Shown: positions 52,015 through 64,000 of the stretch, one piece after another
Position numbering within the stretch: the stretch's first letter is position 1
Layout: each line of letters begins with the position of its first letter
Assembly (NCBI RefSeq): GCF_001194135.2
Contig: NC_068985.1
Coordinates: forward strand, 1,756,092-1,820,091
Source of the DNA: Octopus bimaculoides
Taxonomy: Eukaryota
Length of the DNA stretch: 64,000 bases
Direction: 5' to 3'
Notes under the pieces: model-generated
Seen by the model: the letters and a program-made list of their open reading frames with translations, nothing else
Databases searched by the model: none
What the model was told of the DNA's origin: nothing
Program-made: the position numbers and the translations under genes

Positions 52015-53175
52015 TTAGGTTGTCTGAAAAGTTCTGCACATTTTTTAATATGCAAAAAGGAATATAAATAATTAATCTTTCAATAAATTTTATTCAATGA
52101 AATAATTTCCATTATTATTTCACTTTTATCCATCTACCAGGCAATTTAAATATTGTATAAGCATAACATTTGACTGGTTTTTAAAGAAATAAAGTTATCT
52201 AGATGCATTTTGACTCCACCTAAAACAAGTGGTAGTTGGATGGTGCAATATCAGGAGAATGTGGTGGATGGGGTAAGAGATCTCAACCAAGTTCATGTAG
52301 CATTGTTCGGGTAACCAAAGATATATGTGGTCAGGCATTGTCTTGTAGGAACATTGTTGGTAATCTCCAGCCTCAATTCTTTGATTTTTTTTAATGACAG
52401 TACACATCAGAATTAATTATCTGGTTTTATGGTAGGAGCTTATAATGAATAATACCTTTTTGATCCCACTAAACAAAAAAGCATAGCATTTTTGACATGG
52501 ATATTCATATTTGGTTGCTGTTTTGGGGATCCTTACATGAACTCTGGGATCTTTTATGCACTACATTTTCATACACAATCCATTTTTCATCTCCAGTCAC
52601 AAGTTGTTTCAAAAAGGGCAGGCTTTCATTCTGCTTCAAAAGCATATAACAAACAGAATACTGGTCCAAGCAATTATAGCGAGAAATGTATCCTAGCTTC
52701 ACTAGGTGTTCATAAGCCATACTTTTAGAAACTCCTCTGCAAGCCTCTAGCTGTGATATTTGAGTTTTCTTCAATTTTTACCTTCAAAATATCTTCATCC
52801 AATTTTGAAGGTCCTCCACTATGACTGTCATCTTCCAAGCTGAACTCAATCAGCTTTAAATTTTGCAAACCATCTTCGAACAGTTGATTCACCATAAACT
52901 TCACAAATGTTTTGCAAGACTTTGCAGTATTTTCTCCTTTTTAAAAATCAGAAAAGCATTACAACACGAATATGAAATTTTTGGTTATTCATTTCAAATG
53001 TCAATAAAAGGGTAACCGAAATGAAAGATAAATCTATTTTTAGTCAGGAACTAAGAAGAGATGTACGACCACTTCAAGCAATGCCAAAGTTTTAACTGTC
53101 TTATGTTCCAAGTGTGCTCAAAGAAGCATTAAAAGATTTAGCCTAAAAATGCTCAGAACTTTCCGGACAACCTAA
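52015..53175 (-). mobile_element. Internally deleted mariner element with both TIRs
   Basis: TIRs ttaggttgtctgaaaagttctg (52015) and cagaactttccggacaacctaa (53154-53175); PFLKQLVTGDEKWIVYEN; decayed HPPYSPD region. Confidence 0.9.
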
Positions 53176-53835
53176 TAATATACTGTTATAGTATGTGGAC
53201 TATAATTTGATACAAAGACATTAGTAGACAGATCTTACCATCGTAACCAGAATTCCAGAAAGTAAAATGCAATTTACTAGCGAAGTTTTACTGATAGCAA
53301 AATGGAATGAAGAATCATTCCAAAGATACAGCACATAAAATAAACCTCAAACTCAAACAATTTTTAAACATTGAAACGCTTGATTTTAAATCTGATGTAG
53401 ATTATTTTATAGTTATAATGATATTCCCATGTTCCTTTGTTCCCAAGTGTAAATTGTACAAACAGCATTCTGTTCCATTATCATGTCTTGTAGATGATAA
53501 AAGCAGTGAGTTTTGAAAATGTTAATAAACTAATGACCTTAGGAAACTATTGTTTCAAATCAAATATAAAAGACAATTAAGAGAATATGGAAAATCCTTA
53601 ACACAAAGGTCTAAATTTCAACAGTTCTATTGATAAAGGTATGACTGTTTGGTATAGAAGACTGCTTTACAACTACAACGTTTCTGATTCTATACCATTG
53701 TATGGAACCTTGTGTAAGTGTCTGCCATTCTAATGTCAGCCCAACCAGTGTCTTATCAATGAAATTGGTGCCAGACTTTGTCTTGGAGAAAATTTCTTTC
53801 TAAACATTTTGTAAGAACATCACATGCTTCTTATG

Positions 53836-53869
<34 letters not shown>

Positions 53870-54207
53870 TGTATGTATGTATGTATGCATATATATATAT
53901 ATGTGTATGTGTGTACATATATACATATATATATTACATCATCATCATCATCATCGTTTCATGTCTAACACATGCTAGCATGGAAGGTAGACGTTAAATG
54001 ATGATGATGATGATAATGTAAGGTTTGTATATATAAGCTAATTTCTAATTTGGTGTTATTCACTAGGATAATCAGTTCAATATAGGGCTTGCCATTATTT
54101 GAGTTTATTGTGAAGCCAAATGCAACACATGTGGTAGAAAACCAATCCATTATTAGAAGTCGCATCTTCAGTATAAGCAACAAAAATGAACATTAAAATC
54201 TTTCATG

Positions 54208-54677
54208 GAGTAAAGATTGTTTGCCAACATAACATGGCAATCCTGGTTTAGGATGAATGTTGCTGTAATTTAGCCCCAGGAGACATCGTCTCCAGCTGGC
54301 TATACGACACGATCTGTGTCCTTATATTTTCGAACAAGGGAATCTAGCACCCCCACTCAGCTCAAAACAATATCTGTGTATCGTGATTTCCAGGTTATTT
54401 CCCTTCATCAGCACAGAATAATTGTTTGGCTAGGAGTGGCACTGCTAAATTCCCATTTGAAATATATAGTTTTCAAAGTGACAACTAGTCACTGATCTAT
54501 AAATTAGAAAATTACTATTTGTAAATCTCACAACGAGAGATATTCAGCCCCAGGGGCTAAATTACAGCAACAATCGTCCTAAACCAGGACTGCCATGTTA
54601 CACTAGCAAACAATCTTTACTCCAAAGAACTGTTGCTGAATATCTCTCATTGTGAGATTTACAAATAGTAATTTTTA
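54208..54677. mobile_element. Composite, partly inverted copy of the hammerhead-bearing element, 13-bp TSD
   Basis: TSD aaaatctttcatg at 54195-54207 and 54678-54690; 41-bp inverted repeat 54508-54548 / 54635-54675. Confidence 0.75.
54373..54417 (-). ncRNA. Intact minimal type I hammerhead ribozyme motif
   Basis: UCUGUG-CUGAUGA-A GGG aaauaa CCU G-GAA-AUCACGAU-A-CACAGA. Confidence 0.85.
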
Positions 54678-54959
54678 AAAATCTTTCATGTTGTTCTAAG
54701 CTTAAAATGAATGACAATATCACATTGTTGAAAAGCATAAAGTGCACATCGAAGTATATTGAAAACAGAGCTGTGCTTCATGCCAATGTCTGTCACAATT
54801 TCATCAGAATGGTACCTTTGTATATGGACTTGAACCATCACTGTATGATTTAGTTCCTTAAACAAGTTTTTTTTTTCCATTTATTCTGTCACATAACTAT
54901 TATAGGGAGAGACCCTCTACTTCATGCAGTTAATGTCTTGGATTAATCATTTAAATCTT

Positions 54960-56090
54960 ATTAAAGCACTTAAATTGGCTGCTTTCAAAGGTGGGTAATT
55001 TTAAACTTTAATGTTGAGTAAGGAGGAAACTGTTTTAGCAGCTGCCGAAGATTGAGGAAGCATGAAAGAAGCTTAATCATAAATTTTGACAATAAAGGGA
55101 AGCAATATTCATCCCGCCATTCTTTCAGTTCTTCATTTATTATTTTGTTTTCATTTGGAGGTTGATCTTGCAGTATCTTTATTCTTTATTAATTTGTTTG
55201 TAATGTTCTTCATGGAATGAGCGGGAATCTTTCATAACTAATGGGTTAATTGATTTTGGCCTTCATTCAATAACATTAGTCAGGTAGAGTTGCCTGAAGC
55301 AACTCTGATGTTACAAACAGTTTACAAGATAAAAAGCACTGAAATATCTGCTTTGGATGGCAAACAGAAATTTCAAATATTTATTGAAAATTCTTGCTGT
55401 TCTTTTTAGGAAATTCTCGTTGAATTATCTAGATAAATGCTTTCTACAGTAGCATCACAATAAATGTCAACTATTTTGAGATATACTGAAAGATCATTGA
55501 CATTAATTCTGCTTTTATATCATTAGTTTCCAAAATTTCTTGTTAGATAGAATTTCTAAGAATCCCTTTCACATCGGTAGTAATACAAGTCTTATCATAA
55601 TGAATTCTAAATACTTCTGTTTGAAACTCTGAATTAATATCAAGTAAAATGTAATCTAAGAAAGCAAAATACAGTTTTGTAATGGGATTTTGTAATGTCT
55701 CTAAAATTGGTGAAGCTATAGAAGTTCATTTTCTAAGACGGGAGATATAAAGAACAACACAAGTGTAGGCCATTGTTCTAAAGTTCTTTTCATATCCTCT
55801 CAATAGAAAGCCATTTTGTGCAGTTAATGTGGAATATTTTTCCAAGGTTTGGTATGTGTCAGTTTTTGAAATTCTTTAAGTTTCTTTTGGTATTTAAGGC
55901 TATTTCTCAAATACACAAAAGGATTTCTGGAAAATTCAAAGTTGTTTAATGCAAGCTTTTGAATCATCTAAGTACAACAAATGGCAAATTCAAAAGTTGT
56001 TTGAAGATTTGATCATTTTTTTTACCTATTTCAAAAAGCATTTTAACTCCATTTTTGCTTCTCGTCACTTGTTTGGCTGCAGATAAATTC
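54960..56090 (-). mobile_element. hAT transposase remnant
   Basis: RTLEQWPTLVLFF (~RILEQW.AL.L.F), FAFLDYIL..INSEFQTE, FPLLSKFMIKLLS / LPQSSAAAKTVSSLLNIK dimerisation-domain-like. Confidence 0.7.
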
Positions 56091-56139
56091 TATTTGGAAT
56101 TTCAAAGTTTTTTTGTTTTTTTTATCTTTTAACTGTTTC

Positions 56140-56600
56140 AGTCATTAAACTGAGACTATGTTGAGGCACTACCTAGAAGAATTTTTGGTCAAATGAATCA
56201 GTGCCAGGACATTTTTCTAAGTCTGGTACTTATTGTGTTGGTTTCTTTTGCCAAACCACTAAGTTACAGAGACATAAACACACTAACATCCATTGTCAAG
56301 AAGTGATTAGGACAAACACAGATGTAAAGACACACACACACACATGTATGCATGTATGCATGCATGTATGTATGCACGTACATACATATGTATGTATGTA
56401 TGTATGTATGCATGCGTGCATGCATGTATGTATGTATGTATGTACATGACAGGCTTCTTCCAGTTTCTGTTCACCAAATCCACTCACAAATCTTTGGTTG
56501 GCCTGAAGATACAATGAAAGGTATTTGCCCAAGGTACCATGCAGTGGGAGTGAACATGAAACCATGTGGTTGGGAAGCAAACTTTTTAACACACAGTCAT
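56140..56600 (-). mobile_element. tRNA-derived SINE (family A) with internal (TATG)n
   Basis: Reverse complement of family A head and tail. Confidence 0.75.
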
Positions 56601-57899
56601 ATCTGCATCTATTATTGCTTAAAAAATAAAATCCCAGCCACAAAGGAACTCTAACTTTCAAGAACTCTTGTGTTCTCAATTTACAAAAGTGTTTGATATT
56701 TGGCTACTTTCTTTTCATTTTCAGTGTTGTAACATCAACCTACAAGAAAAATCTGCTTGAGAGTAGAAATTTTTTCTTGTCTCATCATTAATAAAGGAAA
56801 AGTTTATCTTCAATTAGACAGAAAGCTATTGAAGTTATAATCACTAACCACATTAGAAAATATTCTCTTGGCTTCATTACATTAGATACACTTTGCTATA
56901 TTTGAGTCTGGATAACTCTGACAATGATGCCAGGAAAATTACCAAAAGGGTAATCACAGACATTCTACCACATTACAGCTGCTTCAAGTCACAGAATGTT
57001 GTGCTTATAGAAATTGTAAAGTATGACCACTAATTTCAGAATATGCTCTGTAATTTCACCCCAGTGGAAACTCAGATGAAATTTAAGGATTTAAAAACAT
57101 TCTTTCATCTTAGACTTTAGATCAGTTCCCAGAATTTCATTTAATAATTAGAAAAACCATCTTCACAATACTTTTATCTATGCATCATGATACATTAACA
57201 CACACACATATGTGTGTACGCATGTGTGTGTGTGTGTGTGTGCGCATGTGTATGTTTGTGTGTGTGTGTGTGTTTGTGTGCATGATAGCATTTGTGTTTG
57301 TGTCACTCTAAAAAGAAAACAATCATATAAAATAATGTGGTACCCTAGTGTATGTTAGAAGTTGAATGAAATGTTTTGGATCTTGGGTCTGTAAGAATTA
57401 ACTTAAGACTAAACAGGAGCAACAATAAAATTAACAAGAACAATATGACCACTGCCACCACCAACAATACGTCTTACCATCACAATCACAACTCAAACCA
57501 AAACATCCAACAGTACAAGCATTACAAACCCACCAACTCTTCAATAACCAACTAGCAACAACAATAACAGTATCAGTGTGGTAGCCATGTTTGTAGCTAC
57601 AAAGGTTGTATGTTAATACAGAAGAGCATGTGTTTTATCATTCAAGTCATAGGTGCAAGAGGCAAAGAATTCATGAACCTAATAACCTTTCAATTAACTG
57701 TAATCATACAATGTTTTCTTTGACCACACTCCTTCATCCTTTCATCTCATTTCCCTTCTTATAATCTTAGGAAACAGACAAAGATTTTGTTCTCGCAAAA
57801 CAGTTCTTTCTGGATGTTATTTCTTTGAATATATATTTGTTGTGAATACTTACTGATGGGTTTACCTGCAATTCCAGATGTCTGAGAAGAGACCATCAA

Positions 57900-59370
57900 G
57901 TGGAAATGAAGGCAGGAATGTGAAAAGGAACCACAAAAGAAATTACTGGACATTAAACTTGATATTTATAAAAGGTATAATGTGGGAGGAAAACTTATCT
58001 CCTTTGCCAAAACGTTAAAGCTTATAATATCAACAATTAGAACAATACATGACAACAAAGAGAAAATAAAATTAAGTGCTCAACCCATAGCTCTTTTAAT
58101 TGCCCAGACCTTATTTTTGAAAGGTCTACTGTGATACTTAAAATGGGATAGCTCTTGGATGTATCAATCAAAGATCAGACTCAGCATAATGTGTTTTGGT
58201 AAGCACAATGGTAATTTTAAACGATCTAAACTTTGTATGACAATTTGCAGAAAAAATAAAGTTGAAAGTTCCATTTTATGTAACTTCTGAAGCAAAACCT
58301 TTTCTGATTAGTGAAGACTGGTTGAAAAAGTTTAAGAAGTACTTGAATTTTCATAGCGTAAAATTGACTGGTGAAATTGTCAGTTCTGATACAGAGGCCA
58401 TTATGAATTATCCTGGGTAGCTGAAGAAAATGATTGCTGAAGTGGGCTACACACCAAAGCAAATATACAATGTTGGGGAAGCTGTACATCTCTTGAATCA
58501 CTTGTCTTGAAAGCAAAAAAATCAATACCAGCACTGAAAGCTTCCAATAATTGTGTGATGCTTCCTCTAGAAGGAAATACTGCCAGTGATATGAAATTGA
58601 AGCCCCTATCATATATCGCTCTGACAGTTCAAGAGCTTTTAAGGGTTACTCAAAGTTTAATCTATCCCTGATTTAGCTTTCAAATAAGAAGATGTATCTA
58701 TGAACAATTTTGAAGAGTGGTTTACAAAAGGCATTTTGTTCAGCTGTAGAAAAGTACAGTGCCAGAGCAAATACCTTCAACCAAGTTTTTCTCCTTTTAG
58801 ATAATGAACCTGGTGAATTCAATTGTGTTTTCTGATAATGTAAGAGTAGAATATATTCCTAAGAATACAACTTTACTTCAGCCAATGGATCAAAACAGAT
58901 TATTTGAGAAGTGCTTTCAAAAAACGTATGAAAGCAATTGACAGGGAGGATAAACCAACTGTTAGAGACTTCTGGAAGAAGTCCAACATTGTGGATTCTG
59001 TGGATGATAAAACTGGGTCACAGAATGAAGTGAAAACCTCCACTTTGAATGGTGCTGTGGAAAATATATAACCAGATTGTATTCTTGACTTGTATGCATG
59101 ACAAAATTTCTACAAGCAGTAAGTCTACCTCAAATTTATAAAGATATTGTGACACTTGCAAATGATGCAGGGTTTTAAGAAGTCAGAGAGGATGATGTGG
59201 TTGAGTTGCTAGTGTCCCATAAAGTCTATCTAACGAGAGGCTGATGCTGTTAGAACAAGCACAAACTGAGAATGCAAACGAAAATGCAGAAATGACACTA
59301 ATTATGTTTAAACTGACTGCAAAGAATATTGCTAATGGTTTGGCACTAATAAAGGAAGGTCTATAATTGG
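57900..59370 (+). mobile_element. Tigger/pogo transposase pseudogene
   Basis: FHSVKLTGEIVSSDTEA..YP..LKKMIAEVGYTPKQIYNV, GNTASDMKLKP, FLLLDNEPG, YIPKNTTLLQPMDQ. Confidence 0.9.
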
Positions 59371-59559
59371 TCATTCCAAGCATAGTGTGCAAGAGTGGTA
59401 ATACATACAGATACACGTATATATGGGTATACATATGTCCATATACATATGAGTGCGAGTTGTATGTGTAGATGTTGATATGTATAAATATCTGTATAAA
59501 TATATATATACATGTTTAATATATGCATCTGTATACATCTTCACATGTATATTTTCTTC

Positions 59560-59708
59560 TACTACTAAGCACTGACCTGTCCAACCAACCTAATCTATAT
59601 TCCAAAATTCTTCATTCCACCACATTGCTACCCCTACTCCCCTCTCCCTGCCCCATCACATAGCCTCTATCACTACATACCTGACACTCCTTTTCTTTTT
59701 ACACTATT

Positions 59709-59757
<49 letters not shown>

Positions 59758-60345
59758 CCCATTCCTTCTACCTGACACTCATTTACTCTTTACCCTTTCA
59801 TCTTTTTATACACTTATATCTTTCTCTCTCCATCACACTCACCTCCCCATTCCTACAATCAATTTATCTTGACTGATCACTAACCACTACACTTTCCCTT
59901 TCTTCATCTCTTTATTATCTCTCTCCTTGCTTTTCTTTTTCTTTTTTTTTTGTTTTCTTTCTTTATCCCTCTGTTCCTGTTTTCGATTTGACCTTACAAA
60001 TACATTTCCTACTTTAGGTCACTTTAAATAAACCCTCGATTCAATAGCACTGTGTACAAACTCTATACTTGGAATGACCAATTTCAAATACTATTGGGAT
60101 TTATTCACAAGGTATTGGAATCTTATATGAATACCATTCTGCCTAAATAATGGATCTACAAATGCAATATCCCTGCATATCGCACATCTATTTTCATTCC
60201 TCCACTTCACTGTCTGTTTCGTATCTTATCTAAATTAACTATTGCCATCTCCGATGAAGGGATATATAAAATATCCCAGAAACAGCTGTAAAACCTTCTA
60301 TTTATAAATGTTCTAAATCTTCACAGCCTTGGTTTTTTATATCAT
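59560..60345 (+). mobile_element. Probable Penelope-like 3' region / pseudo-LTR
   Basis: Pyrimidine-rich tract ending in a decayed hammerhead of the 28.6 kb family. Confidence 0.45.
60247..60294 (+). ncRNA. Decayed hammerhead motif (U4C core change)
   Basis: AUCU-CCGAUGA-A GGGAUAU auaaa AUAUCCC A-GAA-ACAGCUGU-A-AAAC. Confidence 0.5.
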
Positions 60346-60797
60346 TNNNNNNNNNNNNNNNNNNNNNNNNNNNNNNNNNNNNNNNNNNNNNNNNNNNNNN
60401 NNNNNNNNNNNNNNNNNNNNNNNNNNNNNNNNNNNNNNNNNNNNNNNNNNNNNNNNNNNNNNNNNNNNNNNNNNNNNNNNNNNNNNNNNNNNNNNNNNNN
60501 NNNNNNNNNNNNNNNNNNNNNNNNNNNNNNNNNNNNGTGTATAGAGGAATATATTATTTTGCTTAAAAGAGTTCCAACACTGTCTGTTTTTTATGTTTTA
60601 TTTATATTCCTGCAGAACTAATGTGGGGTATAGAATATGGAATATACAATATATAATATAATATACAATATATAATATAAAATAAAATAAAAATGGATGG
60701 CGCCATGAAATAAAGTATTGAATGTAGATGAAATATTGAGTGTTCAATATAAAGGATCAAATATATAAATATATAAATATAAATATATATATATAAA

Positions 60798-60837
60798 GGC
60801 GACTCGAGTTTCAGGGCTATTTCCCTTCGTCATGGCC
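60798..60837 (-). ncRNA. Near-canonical minimal hammerhead with one extra A in the core
   Basis: GGC-CAUGACGA-AGGG aaauag CCCU-GAA-ACUCGAGU-C-GCC; GUC triplet. Confidence 0.7.
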
Positions 60838-61096
60838 GGTATGACAAGAGAGAGAGAGAGAGATAACAAAAGAGGAAATCAGAATTTTTTTGGTATTATT
60901 TATTCACCATTACACATGTTTCATTTACTAATAGGAATTACAAAGATTTACATGTTAGATAGACATGGAAGGAATTTCTTGCTAGAAATTTTTCAGATGC
61001 AGAATTTAGATAATATAAATTTTAACATTAGGATGAAGTGTTTATATTTAGATAGTAATTAGAAGCAGCACAGATAGTCCTGGCGAAGGAAGAAAA

Positions 61097-61155
<59 letters not shown>

Positions 61156-61210
61156 GTGCACACATGCATGCACACACATGCACGTGCACACATGCGAGCA
61201 TACACACAGA
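61097..61210. repeat. (AC)n microsatellite
   Basis: Direct read. Confidence 0.95.
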
Positions 61211-61929
61211 TATAACAGTACATACTAACTACCAACATAACTATAGATAAATAGATAAATAGACATATGGACAGACAGACAGACCAAGAGACCGACAGAT
61301 AGACAGATACCAAAATAGGTAGGTAAGTAAGTAGGTTGGTTAGTGGTTATAGAAAAACAATAAGCAATGCAACCATCTTGCATGGAATTCCCTGCCAAAT
61401 TAGCCACTTAAAGATGGCAGTGATATTATTACTATTATTTCCCTTGTTAAGCGCTGGTTACAATGTTAAAATCATTAAATATTTAACAAAGCCTAATCAT
61501 AAAGAAAACCACTCACTGACGAATGAAAGAAAATTGTCAAAAGTAATGATTAAAATTCTGTGGTAATGGCAGAAGTACTAGAACTAAAAGTCAAGTTCAC
61601 AGGAAATAAAAACCTCAATCTCTTACAAAAAGGAATCCTACATTGGACTATGAAGAACTTGATATATAAAAGAAAAAAGATGGCTGCATAATTGTTTTAG
61701 TCGCAAGTGTCCACAACTACTAGCTTTGTGATTGGCTGTGTTGATACTCATGGCTGAATTGAATTTCATTCTGTTTTTTTATCCAGGATAAAATGATGTT
61801 TTTCTTATCTCATCTGCTTCCAAAAGTCTGTAACAGTTGATTTATCCTCTCTACCAATTGCTTTCATAAGTTGTTTGAAAGTTCTTCTCAGAGAATGTTG
61901 ATAAGGTTGAGGCAACAAATTGGTAGAAG

Positions 61930-62130
61930 CATTAGCATGCTAGACAAATCGTTTGGTGGTATTTCATCAATCTTGCATTCTCGGTTCAAATTCCACCCAA
62001 GTCAGCTTTGCCTTTCATCTTTCTAGAGTTTGTGAAATAAGTAGCTGCGGGTCAGTGCAATCGACTTACCTTTCCCCACAAAAATTGCTGGCCTTGTGCC
62101 AGAATTTGACAGCAATGTTGCTGAAACTGA
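61930..62130 (+). mobile_element. Family-B-related SINE
   Basis: gcattctcggttcaaattccacccaagtcagctttgcctttcatc. Confidence 0.65.
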
Positions 62131-62514
62131 AGAACAGCATCCTCTAAGAATTACTTTGATTCAGAAAAGAACATGTATAAGGGTGTAGATGTGCACGAAT
62201 ATAGGCTGGAGTATCAGAGTCAGTGAAAAAGGGATCAGAGTTGAAAGAGCTAAAACGGTGTTTATGCAGGGGTCTTAAAAGGAAGTTAGGGGAAGGCTTG
62301 ATTAAAGAAGTTAGTGTATGGGTGAGACAGATGAGACAGAAGAAGCATTGAGAGAAAAGTGAAAGGAAAAAGACTATCACTGACCTTTGGCTGCAATGAG
62401 AGCCGAGAGCGAATCGTTTGGGGGATGGCATTGAATGGTTATGTCATTGATAAGAATGGTTATGGGGCGGGGGTGATGGTAGGGGTGGTAATTATTGTAT
62501 TGGTGAAAGTGAAT

Positions 62515-62524
62515 ATGGAGATGG

Positions 62525-62562
<38 letters not shown>

Positions 62563-62765
62563 ACGATAATGATGATGATGTGATGGTGCTATAATACTGT
62601 CAACAACAACACCATTGACATCTCTGCTGCCACTACCACTATGATGATGACAGTGACCATGATGGCGGTGCTGGTTGTGATGGTGGTGGTGGTGGTGNNN
62701 NNNNNNNTGGCGGTGCTGGTTGTGATGGTGGTGGTGGTGGTGGTGGTGATGGTGGTGGTGTTAAT
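62515..62765. repeat. (GAT)n and (GGT)n repeats
   Basis: Direct read. Confidence 0.9.
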
Positions 62766-63818
62766 AGGTGTGAATTTGAGGATGATGTTGTTGAAGAAGA
62801 AAATTATAGTTATGATGCTGATGGAGATGGTAACTATAGAGCTGGGAGTGACTCAATAGCAACTGGGAAAGAGTAAATCTTAGATGAGGATGAAAAAGGC
62901 AAAGAAAATCACAGAAATTTAAGATGAAGGGGGAATCGCTCATTAGCAATACATCAAAATAAAATGTATGAATGCCTACACACACACACACTCATTATAT
63001 AAATATGATATACATCTATGCACACACACATACAGATACACATACACACACTCACACACACATGCCCATGAGTATTTGTAATGCGTTTACACATTTCAAA
63101 TTTAAAGAAAATTTTGAATTTGACAAAAACTTGATTGAAACTAAAACCGTTTTGAAAATTTAATTAATTAAAGTTAAAGAAAGTTGGTGGTGATGGTGGT
63201 GATGGTGGTGGAGGTGGTGATTGTGTGGTGATGTGGGGATGATCCGTTTGAGCCAAAGTGGAAATGCAGTTTTGCAACTGTAGTAAAAATAATTGAAAAA
63301 TTTACAGCTGAATCAACAAAGACAATGACCTGATTAAGACAGTGAGAAAGATCTGTTGCCATTCTTGAGTTGCCCTTGAAGATTTCCAAAGAGGAACTCT
63401 AGAAGGAATTTGACAATAGTCAGTAAACCTTAATTAAGAAACTTCCCAGCTAATTCTGTTTAATTTCATTCTTGTGTTTCTATCTAGATTAAGAGCCATT
63501 TAGAGGTTTTGTTTTTTATTTAAGTAAAAAGAAATGGTTTAACTCAGAATTGATATCATGTCACCAGTTTAACTCACTAAAATCTTGTATTTATTTCTGC
63601 ATACATGTACCACTGACATACATATGCAAGCCCTCTTTTCTCTCCCAACATGCAAGCACATTCATACACAAGCATATATATTAGATAATAAATCATATGG
63701 CATACACCTGGTAGCTTACTGGTAAAGCACGTTCCCTTTCACAGTGTTCGTCGATTAAAGAGAGACACAAAAGACACATCTACACTGCTGGATGCTCCTG
63801 GACCAGTTGTTAAGTATC

Positions 63819-63864
63819 CCACTCATGAGGGATCAATGCTAGATGGGTCGAAACAACTGTAGTG
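63819..63864 (+). ncRNA. Heavily decayed hammerhead-like motif
   Basis: cac-tcatga-gggatc...gggtc-GAA-ACAACUGU-A-GUG followed by aataaa. Confidence 0.3.
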
Positions 63865-63942
63865 ATTAATAAACATTCTCGTATCTTTCACCTTCCATCT
63901 CTCTCATTAATCATACATATATATATGTATGTATGCATGTGA

Positions 63943-64000
<58 letters not shown>

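Overview
AT-rich, repeat-dense eukaryotic genomic DNA from a gapped draft assembly (about 10 N runs). The SINE, RTE-LINE and microsatellite repertoire matches what I recall for octopod cephalopods (Octopus-like); this taxon call is an inference. No intact protein-coding gene is identifiable, and almost all ORFs in the supplied track are microsatellite, gap or transposon artefacts. Recognisable content is decayed mobile DNA: RTE LINEs, CR1-like and L1/Tx1-like LINEs, Penelope-like elements (PLEs: GIY-YIG and RT C-terminal remnants), two mariners, two hAT transposase remnants, a Tigger/pogo transposase, Charlie-type MITEs, and several SINE families, some with clean target-site duplications (TSDs). 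The most notable signal is about ten minimal type I hammerhead ribozyme (HHR) motifs from roughly five sequence families, mostly with palindromic stem III. Two intact ones (42.2 kb and 54.4 kb) sit in copies of a roughly 350-nt non-coding element flanked by 12-13 bp TSDs. The 54.4 kb copy is circularly permuted and partly inverted, as expected for a retrozyme-like or non-autonomous PLE-derived element. A few weak candidate host exons are noted at low confidence.
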